A DNA stretch of 32,000 nucleotides from Mycobacterium leprae TN (GTDB lineage Bacteria; Actinomycetota; Actinomycetes; Mycobacteriales; Mycobacteriaceae): positions 2,790,001-2,822,000 of the forward strand of contig NC_002677.1 of assembly GCF_000195855.1 (NCBI RefSeq). The letters are read 5' to 3'. Shown here piece by piece: positions 21,475-31,709 of the stretch. A program made the position numbers and the translations under genes. The notes beneath the pieces were generated by a model. That model searched no databases and was not told the DNA's origin. It worked only from the letters and a program-made list of their open reading frames with translations. Each line of letters begins with the position of its first letter. Position 1 is the stretch's first letter.

Positions 21475-24400
21475 TGCGTTCCTCTTAGTCTTTCCGAAAG
21501 TTGATCCAACAACTCGGATTCAGTGAATTCGTCATATGCGTCGGCCGTTGTCCGCCCAGATGGTGCTTCTGGTTCCAGAAATTCAGGCAGTATAGTGGCC
21601 AGATAATCGGTAAGACTGTACACGGTCGGGTAGTCAAAAACGACAGACGCCGGCAGAAACTCGCCAAGGCTGTCCGACAAGGCTCTCTGCAACGTCACGC
21701 TCATCAGCGAGTCCATGCCTAGTTGGAAGAAGCCAGCCGACGGGTCGAGTGTTTCAGCGGGAAGCAGTCCCATCGCCTTGGCGACCAGAGCACTAACGTG
21801 GTCGAACAACATGTTATGTCGGCGTTCTGCCTGGCAAGTCCGTAGGGCTTTGCGGAATTCACTTTCCTGCATCAGTACCTCGCCCGGTGCGGGCAGCAGG
21901 TCATCGACCATGCGCAGCACCCCGCGGGTCTGGTATGCAGCGGCCAGTAGCGGCCAATCCGCTGCCGCCACAACCGAATGCACTGGCGCGTCCGGGCTCA
22001 TCACCAACGGCAATGCCCCGATCGCTACGTCGTCAGTCATGGGTTGCAGGCCGGATTCAGCGCTTACCTGGGTCGCGTCTTGCTGCGCGTCGGCCAGCGA
22101 TTTCCACAAGCCCCAGGCCACGACAGTGGCAGGCAATCCTACCAGCCGCCGGGCGTAGCCCAGAATGTCCAGGAAAGCACTGGTCGCGGTGTAATGCGCC
22201 AGCCATCGTGAACCGATAAGACCTGAGATCGAGGAGAACAAAAGAAAGTATTTTACAGGCTGTTTCAGCGACAAACGGTGCAACAGCGATGCGACGTCCA
22301 GTTTGGGTCGGAACATCGCGACCACGTCGTTATCAGTCATGTCGCTCAGCAAGACCGGACGGCCAGCAAAAGCCGCTAAGTAGATTCCCTCTAGCGGAGG
22401 CAGATCCACTCCAAAACGATCGAACAACGCAGTCATCGCGGTAGGGTCGGTCGCATCCGCCGCAACCGAGATGAGGTTCGTCCCGGTTGCGGCGAGGTTC
22501 TTATCCAGCTCTAACAGCCGGGTGCTGGGATTGCGAGACACGGCGACGATCGTCGTGGCCCCCATCGCGGCGAGCTGACGGATCAGATGCGGTCCGATAT
22601 TTCCGGTGGCCCCGATGACGAGCTGAGTGGTATCTTGCCCCGAACTCAACTTCACCGACGACACCGCGGATGCAGTTCGCCTTTGCAGCCGTGGTGCGCG
22701 ACGTAGACACGCTCGGTAGACGACCTGGTCCTCTCGGTCTTTTTCGTCCTGGCTAGCGACTTCGTCCAATATGCACCGGGCAGCCAACTCGGGAGGCATC
22801 GACGCATCGAGATCGATGACACTACCCCAAATTTCGGGATGTTCCAGCGCCAATGTTCGGCCAAAGCCCCACAACACCGCGTGGGCGGGGTTGGCGCGCT
22901 CACCCACTGCAACGGGTTGAGCATTGCGAGTCACGACGACGAGTTTCGGTTTCGAAGTACCCGCAACCATCGCGGCCGCCAACCGTCGCACCGCATGGAA
23001 CAGCCGGTACCCGGACTCCGGATCGACAGGGTCGACAGATTCGGTCGAGACCGATGGTGCATAGAGTACGTTATCGACACCCCGTAAAGCGTTATGCAGG
23101 TCATGCAGCGTGCTCACATCATGATCAAGCGCCGAAGGTGCGAGGTACTCAACCCGGGATGCAGGATCGGCCAATACCACCAACCGAGCCAGTTCATCCG
23201 ACAGTCCGGCATCGGACACCACCAGCCACGAGCCGCTGCTGGCCCACGTCGCACCAGGCTCACTTGTCAGGGGCCGAGTCGGCCAGTCAAGCTGGTAGAT
23301 CCAGTCATCGAGTTCCGTGTTTCCAATTCCGGTAGCGTGCGTCGTAACCCTGTTGCGGTCGAGATGTTGCAGCGCGGTCGTGCTTGCCAGCGGTGTGGTG
23401 ATCCAGTGGCGGGTGTGCTGCCAGGGAGTGCTGGGGATAGTTACGTGTGGTTCCGCAGGATGAGGGGTGTGTGGTGGGTGGACGGTGTGGACGTTGTTGA
23501 GGTTGGTGTGAAAGGTGACGGTGTCGTCGGCATCGCGTTGCAGGGTCCCAATGCTGATGCACCGGGTACCGTGCAGGGTGTCAGTAATGGCTTGGGTCAG
23601 CAGCGGGTGTGCACTGATTTCGATGAAAGTGCGGTGGTCAGTTCCAGCGGTCATGATGGCCTGCTGGAAATGCACTGGGTTGCGCATGTTGGTGGCCCAG
23701 TGCTGGGCATCGAACACCGGGCACGAGCCAAGGTCAGCATAGGTGGTGGAAAGGATCGGAATCGTCGGAGTCCGTGGGGCCACATCGGCGAGCTCGGAAC
23801 GCATCTGCGGCTGCAGCGCATCCATCGCCGGATTGTGGGGGGCCACTTCAATATTGACCCGACTGGCAAACCGATTCTGCGCGCGCACCCGGTCAATCAA
23901 CTCATCGATCTGTTCAGTGGGCCCGGCAATCACCGTTTGGCGCGGCGAATTGTAAATCGCCAATGTCACCTGCGAGTAGTCGACAATCAACGCCTCCGTC
24001 TCGACCGCGTCGAGTTCGAGCAGTGCCATACCGCCCTGCCCAGACAGCGGGGCCATCAGCCGCGACCGAGTGGCTGTCACCCGCAGCCCCTCAGCGGCGG
24101 TAAGCGCCCCAGCCACCACGGCGGCGGCCACCTCACCCAGCGAATGCCCGATCACCAAATCAGGTTGCACCCCATAGGAACGCCACAACTCAGTCAGCGT
24201 CAGTTGCATGCCGATTAACCCCAGCTGGATCTGCTCGATACCAACCAGTTCTTTGCCATTAGCGAGCACATCGTGCAACGAGAAACCGGCGTGGACAACA
24301 AACACCGGTTCCAACTCGGCAACCGCGGCCGTGAAAGCCGGTTCATCGGCCAGCAATTGACGCCCCATCCCCGCCCACTGCGAACCACGTCCCGAGTACA

Positions 24401-26093
24401 CAAACACCGTTCCTGACCCAGGTGTGCCATCCTGCTGCCCGACCACACCGGGCGCCTGTTTGCCGGCGGCCAACGCCCGCAATCCAGCCACTGCCTGGAT
24501 CCGATCACGGGCAACCACGGTGCCGAACTTGGCGTGCCGCGACCGGTGATGATTCAATGTATGGGCCACATCAGCCAACGCCACTTCAGCACCGGGCCCC
24601 TCAACCCAATCGGCCAGCATCCCCGCCATCGCTGCCACCCGCGACGCCGTCTTACCCGTCACCACCAACGTCGACACCGCAGTGTTGGAACTGCATTCTG
24701 TGACCGGTGTCAGCTCAGGACCCTGCTCAATGACAACATGCGCGTTCGTCCCACCGAGGCCAAACGATGACACCGCCGCGCGCCGCGGCCCTGCTTGACC
24801 GTCCGAGATCGGCCACGAGGAGTTCTCAGTGGGGACGAAGAATCTAGTCGATGCAGCGTCGATAGCCGGATTCCATTGCGAAAAATGCAGATTCGGTGGA
24901 ATCTGGCCACGCTGCACCGCCAACACTGTCTTGATGAAGCCGGCGATGCCCGCAGCAGCCTCCAAGTGACCCAGGTTAGTCTTAACAGCCCCCAGCGCAC
25001 ATGCGCTCTCACCGCGGCCATACGTGGCCGCCAGCGCCTCGAATTCGATTGGGTCACCCAGGACGGTACCGGTGCCATGGGATTCGACGTAGTTCACGCT
25101 TTCGGGCGCAACGTCACTAGAGCGCAAGGCATCGGTGATCACATCACACTGCGCCGCCGTATTCGGAGCGGTAACGCCGTTGGAGCGGCCATCCTGATTG
25201 ACAGCAGAACCGCGCACCACCGCCAACACCAGATCTCCGTCACGAACCGCATCGGTCAACCGTTTAAGCACCACTACGCCAGCACCTTCACCGCGCACAA
25301 ACCCGTCCGCCGCAGCATCGAACGCCGCACACCTGCCGTGCGGAGACAACAATCCCCATGCAGAAATTGCGATTTGCGTCTCCGGGCGCAGCGTGATGCT
25401 CACTCCGCCGGCGAGGACCAGGTCAGTTTCGCGTAGCCGCAAACTTTGGCAAGCTAGGTGCACCGCCACCAGCGACGACGAGCACGCTGTATCAACCGCC
25501 ACCGATGGACCACGCAGCCCCAACAGGTAGGAGATTCGGCCTACAGTGATGCTGTGAGCGTTTCCGGTTCCGCTGTAGGCGTCTACATTCTCCAGACTGG
25601 AGGCCAACATGGATTGGTATTCGTTGAAGTAGACGCCAATCATCACGCCGGTTCGGCTATTACCCAGGGAATCCGGTGGAATTCCAGCATTTTCGAGAGC
25701 TTCCCAGGCAACCTCGAGTAGTATCCGCTGCTGCGGGTCCATCGCTGCAGCTTCGCGTGGCGTGATACCGAAGAATGCCGCGTCGAAACCCGCGATATCG
25801 GAGACGAAACCGCCCCATTTCGTGGTCATCCGACCCGGCGTCAACGGGTCGGGGTCATAAAACGCATCCGCGTCCCAACGATCAGCCGGCACTCTCGAGA
25901 TCGCGTTGCGGCCGTCGATCAGCAGATCCCAGAAGCTATCCGGCCCGGTCACGTCCCCAGGAAACCGGCAACCGATCCCCACTACCGCGATGGGCTCTGC
26001 CACAGCAATCCGAGAGAGCTTGGTGAATTCTTCGATAAGAGCCGCGCGCTGCTGCGTGGTCATGCCGGAAATCCGGCTGAAAGCGGTCCGCAT
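21471..26093 (-). CDS. ppsB: Type I PKS PpsB (KS-AT-KR-ACP), 1540 aa
   Basis: [41 protein letters not shown] with YTATSAFLD, ACP LGMDSLMSVTL. The start codon directly abuts the ppsA stop (TAAATG). Confidence 0.95.
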   Translation of the reverse strand: MRTAFSRISGMTTQQRAALIEEFTKLSRIAVAEPIAVVGIGCRFPGDVTGPDSFWDLLIDGRNAISRVPADRWDADAFYDPDPLTPGRMTTKWGGFVSDIAGFDAAFFGITPREAAAMDPQQRILLEVAWEALENAGIPPDSLGNSRTGVMIGVYFNEYQSMLASSLENVDAYSGTGNAHSITVGRISYLLGLRGPSVAVDTACSSSLVAVHLACQSLRLRETDLVLAGGVSITLRPETQIAISAWGLLSPHGRCAAFDAAADGFVRGEGAGVVVLKRLTDAVRDGDLVLAVVRGSAVNQDGRSNGVTAPNTAAQCDVITDALRSSDVAPESVNYVESHGTGTVLGDPIEFEALAATYGRGESACALGAVKTNLGHLEAAAGIAGFIKTVLAVQRGQIPPNLHFSQWNPAIDAASTRFFVPTENSSWPISDGQAGPRRAAVSSFGLGGTNAHVVIEQGPELTPVTECSSNTAVSTLVVTGKTASRVAAMAGMLADWVEGPGAEVALADVAHTLNHHRSRHAKFGTVVARDRIQAVAGLRALAAGKQAPGVVGQQDGTPGSGTVFVYSGRGSQWAGMGRQLLADEPAFTAAVAELEPVFVVHAGFSLHDVLANGKELVGIEQIQLGLIGMQLTLTELWRSYGVQPDLVIGHSLGEVAAAVVAGALTAAEGLRVTATRSRLMAPLSGQGGMALLELDAVETEALIVDYSQVTLAIYNSPRQTVIAGPTEQIDELIDRVRAQNRFASRVNIEVAPHNPAMDALQPQMRSELADVAPRTPTIPILSTTYADLGSCPVFDAQHWATNMRNPVHFQQAIMTAGTDHRTFIEISAHPLLTQAITDTLHGTRCISIGTLQRDADDTVTFHTNLNNVHTVHPPHTPHPAEPHVTIPSTPWQHTRHWITTPLASTTALQHLDRNRVTTHATGIGNTELDDWIYQLDWPTRPLTSEPGATWASSGSWLVVSDAGLSDELARLVVLADPASRVEYLAPSALDHDVSTLHDLHNALRGVDNVLYAPSVSTESVDPVDPESGYRLFHAVRRLAAAMVAGTSKPKLVVVTRNAQPVAVGERANPAHAVLWGFGRTLALEHPEIWGSVIDLDASMPPELAARCILDEVASQDEKDREDQVVYRACLRRAPRLQRRTASAVSSVKLSSGQDTTQLVIGATGNIGPHLIRQLAAMGATTIVAVSRNPSTRLLELDKNLAATGTNLISVAADATDPTAMTALFDRFGVDLPPLEGIYLAAFAGRPVLLSDMTDNDVVAMFRPKLDVASLLHRLSLKQPVKYFLLFSSISGLIGSRWLAHYTATSAFLDILGYARRLVGLPATVVAWGLWKSLADAQQDATQVSAESGLQPMTDDVAIGALPLVMSPDAPVHSVVAAADWPLLAAAYQTRGVLRMVDDLLPAPGEVLMQESEFRKALRTCQAERRHNMLFDHVSALVAKAMGLLPAETLDPSAGFFQLGMDSLMSVTLQRALSDSLGEFLPASVVFDYPTVYSLTDYLATILPEFLEPEAPSGRTTADAYDEFTESELLDQLSERLRGTQ
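23400..24786. repeat. Copy 1 (in ppsB) of a near-identical direct repeat of about 1387 bp spanning the AT domain and flanking linkers
   Basis: Aligns with 28809-30195 at a constant offset of 5409. The first outward mismatches are 23399/28808 and 24787/30196. The one internal mismatch found is 24758 g / 30167 a. Track ORFs in several frames recur at exactly +5409 with identical translations (for example 23515/28924, 24215/29624, 24422/29831, 24534/29943). Confidence 0.95.
24890..24992. repeat. Short identical patch of 103 bp in the ppsB KS, shared with ppsA at offset 5400
   Basis: gattcggtggaatctggccacgctgcaccgccaacactgtcttgatgaagccggcgatgcccgcagcagcctccaagtgacccaggttagtcttaacagcccc is identical to 30290-30392. 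Confidence 0.9.
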
Positions 26094-29000
26094 TTACACC
26101 AACCCTTCGGCCTCAGTCGATGTCGATTCGATGCGGTCGAAGAGACTATCTAATACGCCTCCTGCCGAGGCGGATAAGGCGGCCATCTCGTCTCCTTGCG
26201 AATCGTGCTGCGGTGCGACAACTTTTGTCAGATACGCGGCTAGTAACGCAACGGTTGGATGGTTGAACAGCATGATTGCCGACAGCTCTATACCAATGAA
26301 TTGCTCGGCTTCACGCCGAATCGCCATTGCCATAAGGGAGTTGAGTCCAAGTTCGGCGAATGGTCGATCTGTATCCAGCTCCGCCTCGGCCACCCGGAGC
26401 TCTGCGGCGATGATGGTCCGTAAGCCACTTTCAAGCTCCTTCCGTACCTCGGCGGCCTCCATCTGCGACCAATTTCGTGCCGGGACTAGATAGCTATCCC
26501 CGGCAGTCGATCCGGCGGACCCGTAGGACCTAGGGACCGGCAATACAACCGCCTGTGCAACGTCGTAGGCATCGACGTACTCCCACGCGGTGAACGCTTC
26601 CGAAGGCGTGATATCACGCGACCCCATTCGCTGCAACTCATCACTGACAATCTGCGCGTTAGCGGCGAATCCGAGCCCGCGCCAGGCTACCCAGTCGATG
26701 CTCATAGTGTGGCAGCCCTGCTGGCGACGCGTACGCGCCAACGCGTCCAGGTAGGAATTGGCGGCAGCGTAAGAGCCCTGACCCGGGATGCCGAATATTC
26801 CTGCGGCCGAGGAGGTCAAGTAGAAAAAGTCCACACTGCCAGGTGGAAAGGCCTCGTGCAGCACCTGGCAGCCGGCGATCTTAGGCCACATAACTTGACG
26901 AACCGGATCGTCGGTCATGTTCGTCACTAGTTGGTCATTCGTAACGCCTGCCGCATGAATGATCCCCCGGATCGGCGCGGCGCCGTCACGGTCACGCTTG
27001 GCCAACAAGGCCTGCACATCGTCGTGGTGTCCGACGTCAACCGCGACGGCTTCGACTGTCACTCCCCGCATCTCAAGGGCGCAAATAGCATCGATCTTCT
27101 GACGCAGTCCGGCATCGAGAGTGTCGAGTTCCCAGTCCCGCCTTGGCGGTAACGGTGTACGGCCCATCAACACCAGTCGACGAGCGCCGCGGTCAGCGAG
27201 CCAATCAGCCATCAGCAGACCAAGTGCACCCATTCCGCCGGTGATGAGGTAGGCCCCATCGGACTTGCATTGCAAAGATTTGCGCACCGGCTCACTTCGG
27301 ATCGGCACCAATGTCGGGGCAAGCACGACGCCGTCACGTAATACCACGATCGACCTGGTCGGTGTTTGAAGCAGACTGGCAAGCGTCGGCCCAAATTGGT
27401 CGAGAATGTCGTCGCGATCGGCTCCAAGAGCACTAGCCGCAAGATCGACGAGTCCACCCCACATCTCAGGATGCTCCGCGGCGATGACGCCCCCAAAACC
27501 CCACAGGAAGCTCTGGCGTAACGCGGACGAGGCCACCGATTCGTAAACTCCGCGTGTGACGATCCACAGTGCTACAGGCTTGCCCGGCTCCCGCTTCGCC
27601 AAAGCCCTCACCAAATCGCTGATCTCAGCAGTGATTCGCACGGCAAAGTCGACGTCGGTCTCGGCAGTGGTTGCCGGGTGGGGATCCGCGACATAAACAA
27701 CGTAACGTACCTCAGACACCCCATCAGCAGGCGCAGCCAACGTATAGCCCGCCTCCTTGAGCAGCAAGCCAAACCCAGCGCGAGCATCACCGATTACCGC
27801 GACAGACCCCGAACTGGCTACCGGGGTGTTGGAGCAATCCAGGTCGGTCCGCGGTTGCCAATCGATCGCATGCACGAAATTCCTGGCATCTGTAAGGGCA
27901 TCCACATGGGATTCAACGAAAACAGTCGAATAGTCCTGTTGCGCGTTGTCAAGGTCTAACGCTCGATACCGAAGTGACCGCATCAACGCCAACGGCACAC
28001 CGCTGCCGTCGGCGACGGTGACATCGACGGTAATCCCGTCGTCGTCGCAAGCAGTGCGATTTAGCGTCACCGCACCACATGGTCCTGTAGCGGTGTCGCC
28101 TAACCACACCTGCTTAATGCTTGCCGGCACGTAAAATTGCGTTTCGGTAACGTCCGCCAGCGCTGGGATAAGAATTGCGGCGTCGAGTAGCGGCGCGATC
28201 GCCCCGTCGGGCAGGGTATCGGGAAATTCGATCTCAACCGTGCGGCTGGTTGACTGCTGCGTCTTTTTCGCCCATGACTTGACGGACCACTCGAAAGGCA
28301 GGCCGTCAACCCCACACAGCGCGAGCAGCGAAGCTACGTCGGGAATCGGGTCCGAAATCACCTCAAGATGACCATTAATCTGATCCGGGTGGTCCGATGG
28401 AACCGCGGAACGCGCCGATGCTGAGGAAAGCTGCGCGGTCACATGCCGCGTCCACCGGTGCTGAGGAGTTTCGGTGGCCGGACTTGAGGCCAGGCTGATC
28501 AATTGGTTATCGACGACGACTTGGATCAAACGGGGGAGATTAGCGAAAATGGGTTGCTCGAATCGGATCTCGAATAGCGTAGAATAACCCAATTCTGCTG
28601 CAGCACAAAGGATTGTGCGCAGCACAATAGAAGCAGGGACCACCTCGACACCGTGGACTCGATGCCAACCCCTGTACGGCTTGGCCTGCGGCGCTAGCCG
28701 CGCCTGCCACAAGTGGATAGGAAGAATCCCTGAGACCGCGGTGTGTTGGCCAAGTAGCGTGCCCACCTGGGGTGCCAATCCAATAGAGTTGACCGAACGT
28801 TTCCGAGGGATCCAGTGGCGGGTGTGCTGCCAGGGAGTGCTGGGGATAGTTACGTGTGGTTCCGCAGGATGAGGGGTGTGTGGTGGGTGGACGGTGTGGA
28901 CGTTGTTGAGGTTGGTGTGAAAGGTGACGGTGTCGTCGGCATCGCGTTGCAGGGTCCCAATGCTGATGCACCGGGTACCGTGCAGGGTGTCAGTAATGGC

Positions 29001-31709
29001 TTGGGTCAGCAGCGGGTGTGCACTGATTTCGATGAAAGTGCGGTGGTCAGTTCCAGCGGTCATGATGGCCTGCTGGAAATGCACTGGGTTGCGCATGTTG
29101 GTGGCCCAGTGCTGGGCATCGAACACCGGGCACGAGCCAAGGTCAGCATAGGTGGTGGAAAGGATCGGAATCGTCGGAGTCCGTGGGGCCACATCGGCGA
29201 GCTCGGAACGCATCTGCGGCTGCAGCGCATCCATCGCCGGATTGTGGGGGGCCACTTCAATATTGACCCGACTGGCAAACCGATTCTGCGCGCGCACCCG
29301 GTCAATCAACTCATCGATCTGTTCAGTGGGCCCGGCAATCACCGTTTGGCGCGGCGAATTGTAAATCGCCAATGTCACCTGCGAGTAGTCGACAATCAAC
29401 GCCTCCGTCTCGACCGCGTCGAGTTCGAGCAGTGCCATACCGCCCTGCCCAGACAGCGGGGCCATCAGCCGCGACCGAGTGGCTGTCACCCGCAGCCCCT
29501 CAGCGGCGGTAAGCGCCCCAGCCACCACGGCGGCGGCCACCTCACCCAGCGAATGCCCGATCACCAAATCAGGTTGCACCCCATAGGAACGCCACAACTC
29601 AGTCAGCGTCAGTTGCATGCCGATTAACCCCAGCTGGATCTGCTCGATACCAACCAGTTCTTTGCCATTAGCGAGCACATCGTGCAACGAGAAACCGGCG
29701 TGGACAACAAACACCGGTTCCAACTCGGCAACCGCGGCCGTGAAAGCCGGTTCATCGGCCAGCAATTGACGCCCCATCCCCGCCCACTGCGAACCACGTC
29801 CCGAGTACACAAACACCGTTCCTGACCCAGGTGTGCCATCCTGCTGCCCGACCACACCGGGCGCCTGTTTGCCGGCGGCCAACGCCCGCAATCCAGCCAC
29901 TGCCTGGATCCGATCACGGGCAACCACGGTGCCGAACTTGGCGTGCCGCGACCGGTGATGATTCAATGTATGGGCCACATCAGCCAACGCCACTTCAGCA
30001 CCGGGCCCCTCAACCCAATCGGCCAGCATCCCCGCCATCGCTGCCACCCGCGACGCCGTCTTACCCGTCACCACCAACGTCGACACCGCAGTGTTGGAAC
30101 TGCATTCTGTGACCGGTGTCAGCTCAGGACCCTGCTCAATGACAACATGCGCGTTCGTCCCACCGAAGCCAAACGATGACACCGCCGCGCGCCGCAGATG
30201 CCCTGTATCCGGCCATTCCATATGCTTATCAACAACTTTCATACGCAACTCAGCAAAAGGAATATGCAGGTTCGGGCTTTCAAAACGCTGATTCGGTGGA
30301 ATCTGGCCACGCTGCACCGCCAACACTGTCTTGATGAAGCCGGCGATGCCCGCAGCAGCCTCCAAGTGACCCAGGTTAGTCTTAACAGCCCCGATCAGTA
30401 GCGGAGAATCCTCGGCACGTCCCCGACCCAGCACCGCACCCAAAGCGCGCGCTTCTATCGGATCTCCCAACAGAGTCCCGGTCCCATGAGTTTCGACGTA
30501 GTCAATGGCAGTCGGTGGCATTGCTGCGTTGGCATACGCGGTGCGCAGAACCGCTACTTGGGCCGCCGGGTTAGGAGCCATCAGCCCGTTGGAGCGGCCA
30601 TCCTGATTGACAGCAGAACCGCGGATAATGGCAAGCACCCGATCACCGTCGCGCTGCGCATCGGTCAACCGTTTAAGCACCACTACGCCAGCACCTTCAC
30701 CGCGCACAAACCCGTCCGCCGCAGCATCGAACGCGCGGCAACAACCGGTAGGCGACAACGCCCCGACCTGGTCGAAGCCACGAAATACGGCCGGAGACAA
30801 TAGCAAATTCACGCCCGCCGCAATAGCCAGGTTGGCATCCGCGGTCCGCAGGCTTTGGCAGGCTAAGTGGATCGCTACCAACGACGACGAGCACGCCGTA
30901 TCAACCGCCACCGATGGACCACGTAAGTCGAGGAAATACGAAAGGCGGTTCGCTATGATGCTCATCGCGCCACCCGTGTTGCTCCAGCCATCCACTTGGG
31001 AGAGATCGGTGGAAGCGATAGCACCATATTCGCTCAGGCACGATCCGGCGAATACTCCTGTTTGCGAACGACGCAGCGAGTTGGACGAAATTCCCGCGTG
31101 CTCCAACGCCTCCCAAGCCACTTCCAGCAGAAGGCGCTGCTGCGGATCCATCTTGTCAGCCTCGCTGGGTGAGATCTCGAAAAATTCCGAGTCAAAGGCG
31201 TCAATATCCTCCAAGAATGACCCCCACCGCGTAGTACGGGCGAGCAGTGCTTTTACTTCCGGCGAGCCGTCGTCGAAGAGCTCCCACCGTTCATTGGGAA
31301 CCTGTCCGATGGAGGAACGACGGTCACACAGAAACTGCCACAACGCTTCTGGACCAGATATCCCCCCTGGGAAACGACACCCCATCCCGATGACAGCGAT
31401 CGGCTCCTCGAGTGCACCCTGGACCGAGCGCCGTGGCGCCGATTCTGATTCGGGGTCAGGTGCGGGAGCAATGAGATAGGCGGCCAGCGCGTTGATCGTC
31501 GGATGCTCCCAGAAGTCAATCGGGGATACGGTCTTACCCAACAAATCGGTCAATTCCCCGGAGAGCACAACTGCATCACGGGAGCTCATACCCAAGTCGG
31601 TCAACGATAGATTAAGATCGACTTCATCCGGTGTGCAGCCGATATTAGTCACCAAGTAGTTGACTAGCCAGTGGCAAAGGTCAGCTTCGCTACCAATGCT
31701 CGCCGTCAT
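26094..31709 (-). CDS. ppsA: Type I PKS PpsA (loading ACP-KS-AT-[DH-like]-KR-ACP), 1871 aa
   Basis: N-terminal ACP ([14 protein letters not shown]), [43 protein letters not shown]-terminal ACP ([12 protein letters not shown]). ATGA overlap with the upstream FAAL at 31706-31709. Confidence 0.95.
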   Translation of the reverse strand: MTASIGSEADLCHWLVNYLVTNIGCTPDEVDLNLSLTDLGMSSRDAVVLSGELTDLLGKTVSPIDFWEHPTINALAAYLIAPAPDPESESAPRRSVQGALEEPIAVIGMGCRFPGGISGPEALWQFLCDRRSSIGQVPNERWELFDDGSPEVKALLARTTRWGSFLEDIDAFDSEFFEISPSEADKMDPQQRLLLEVAWEALEHAGISSNSLRRSQTGVFAGSCLSEYGAIASTDLSQVDGWSNTGGAMSIIANRLSYFLDLRGPSVAVDTACSSSLVAIHLACQSLRTADANLAIAAGVNLLLSPAVFRGFDQVGALSPTGCCRAFDAAADGFVRGEGAGVVVLKRLTDAQRDGDRVLAIIRGSAVNQDGRSNGLMAPNPAAQVAVLRTAYANAAMPPTAIDYVETHGTGTLLGDPIEARALGAVLGRGRAEDSPLLIGAVKTNLGHLEAAAGIAGFIKTVLAVQRGQIPPNQRFESPNLHIPFAELRMKVVDKHMEWPDTGHLRRAAVSSFGFGGTNAHVVIEQGPELTPVTECSSNTAVSTLVVTGKTASRVAAMAGMLADWVEGPGAEVALADVAHTLNHHRSRHAKFGTVVARDRIQAVAGLRALAAGKQAPGVVGQQDGTPGSGTVFVYSGRGSQWAGMGRQLLADEPAFTAAVAELEPVFVVHAGFSLHDVLANGKELVGIEQIQLGLIGMQLTLTELWRSYGVQPDLVIGHSLGEVAAAVVAGALTAAEGLRVTATRSRLMAPLSGQGGMALLELDAVETEALIVDYSQVTLAIYNSPRQTVIAGPTEQIDELIDRVRAQNRFASRVNIEVAPHNPAMDALQPQMRSELADVAPRTPTIPILSTTYADLGSCPVFDAQHWATNMRNPVHFQQAIMTAGTDHRTFIEISAHPLLTQAITDTLHGTRCISIGTLQRDADDTVTFHTNLNNVHTVHPPHTPHPAEPHVTIPSTPWQHTRHWIPRKRSVNSIGLAPQVGTLLGQHTAVSGILPIHLWQARLAPQAKPYRGWHRVHGVEVVPASIVLRTILCAAAELGYSTLFEIRFEQPIFANLPRLIQVVVDNQLISLASSPATETPQHRWTRHVTAQLSSASARSAVPSDHPDQINGHLEVISDPIPDVASLLALCGVDGLPFEWSVKSWAKKTQQSTSRTVEIEFPDTLPDGAIAPLLDAAILIPALADVTETQFYVPASIKQVWLGDTATGPCGAVTLNRTACDDDGITVDVTVADGSGVPLALMRSLRYRALDLDNAQQDYSTVFVESHVDALTDARNFVHAIDWQPRTDLDCSNTPVASSGSVAVIGDARAGFGLLLKEAGYTLAAPADGVSEVRYVVYVADPHPATTAETDVDFAVRITAEISDLVRALAKREPGKPVALWIVTRGVYESVASSALRQSFLWGFGGVIAAEHPEMWGGLVDLAASALGADRDDILDQFGPTLASLLQTPTRSIVVLRDGVVLAPTLVPIRSEPVRKSLQCKSDGAYLITGGMGALGLLMADWLADRGARRLVLMGRTPLPPRRDWELDTLDAGLRQKIDAICALEMRGVTVEAVAVDVGHHDDVQALLAKRDRDGAAPIRGIIHAAGVTNDQLVTNMTDDPVRQVMWPKIAGCQVLHEAFPPGSVDFFYLTSSAAGIFGIPGQGSYAAANSYLDALARTRRQQGCHTMSIDWVAWRGLGFAANAQIVSDELQRMGSRDITPSEAFTAWEYVDAYDVAQAVVLPVPRSYGSAGSTAGDSYLVPARNWSQMEAAEVRKELESGLRTIIAAELRVAEAELDTDRPFAELGLNSLMAMAIRREAEQFIGIELSAIMLFNHPTVALLAAYLTKVVAPQHDSQGDEMAALSASAGGVLDSLFDRIESTSTEAEGLV
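28809..30195. repeat. Copy 2 (in ppsA) of the near-identical direct repeat of about 1387 bp
   Basis: See copy 1. The proteins are identical from [24 protein letters not shown] through [11 protein letters not shown]. Confidence 0.95.
30290..30392. repeat. Short identical patch of 103 bp in the ppsA KS (partner of 24890-24992)
   Basis: By-eye alignment of the listed lines. It encodes [31 protein letters not shown] in both proteins. Confidence 0.9.

Noticed and set aside
23094-24218. 374-aa plus-strand ORF antisense to ppsB, with its C-terminal part repeated as the 28815-29627 ORF antisense to ppsA
   Set aside because: It is antisense to a clearly conserved AT domain. It recurs only because the underlying DNA is duplicated. 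The protein is low-complexity Gly/Val/Arg-rich and matches no recognisable family, which fits a high-GC shadow ORF.
30607-31479. 290-aa plus-strand ORF opposite the ppsA KS domain
   Set aside because: It is a shadow ORF antisense to conserved KS sequence, with no recognisable motifs.
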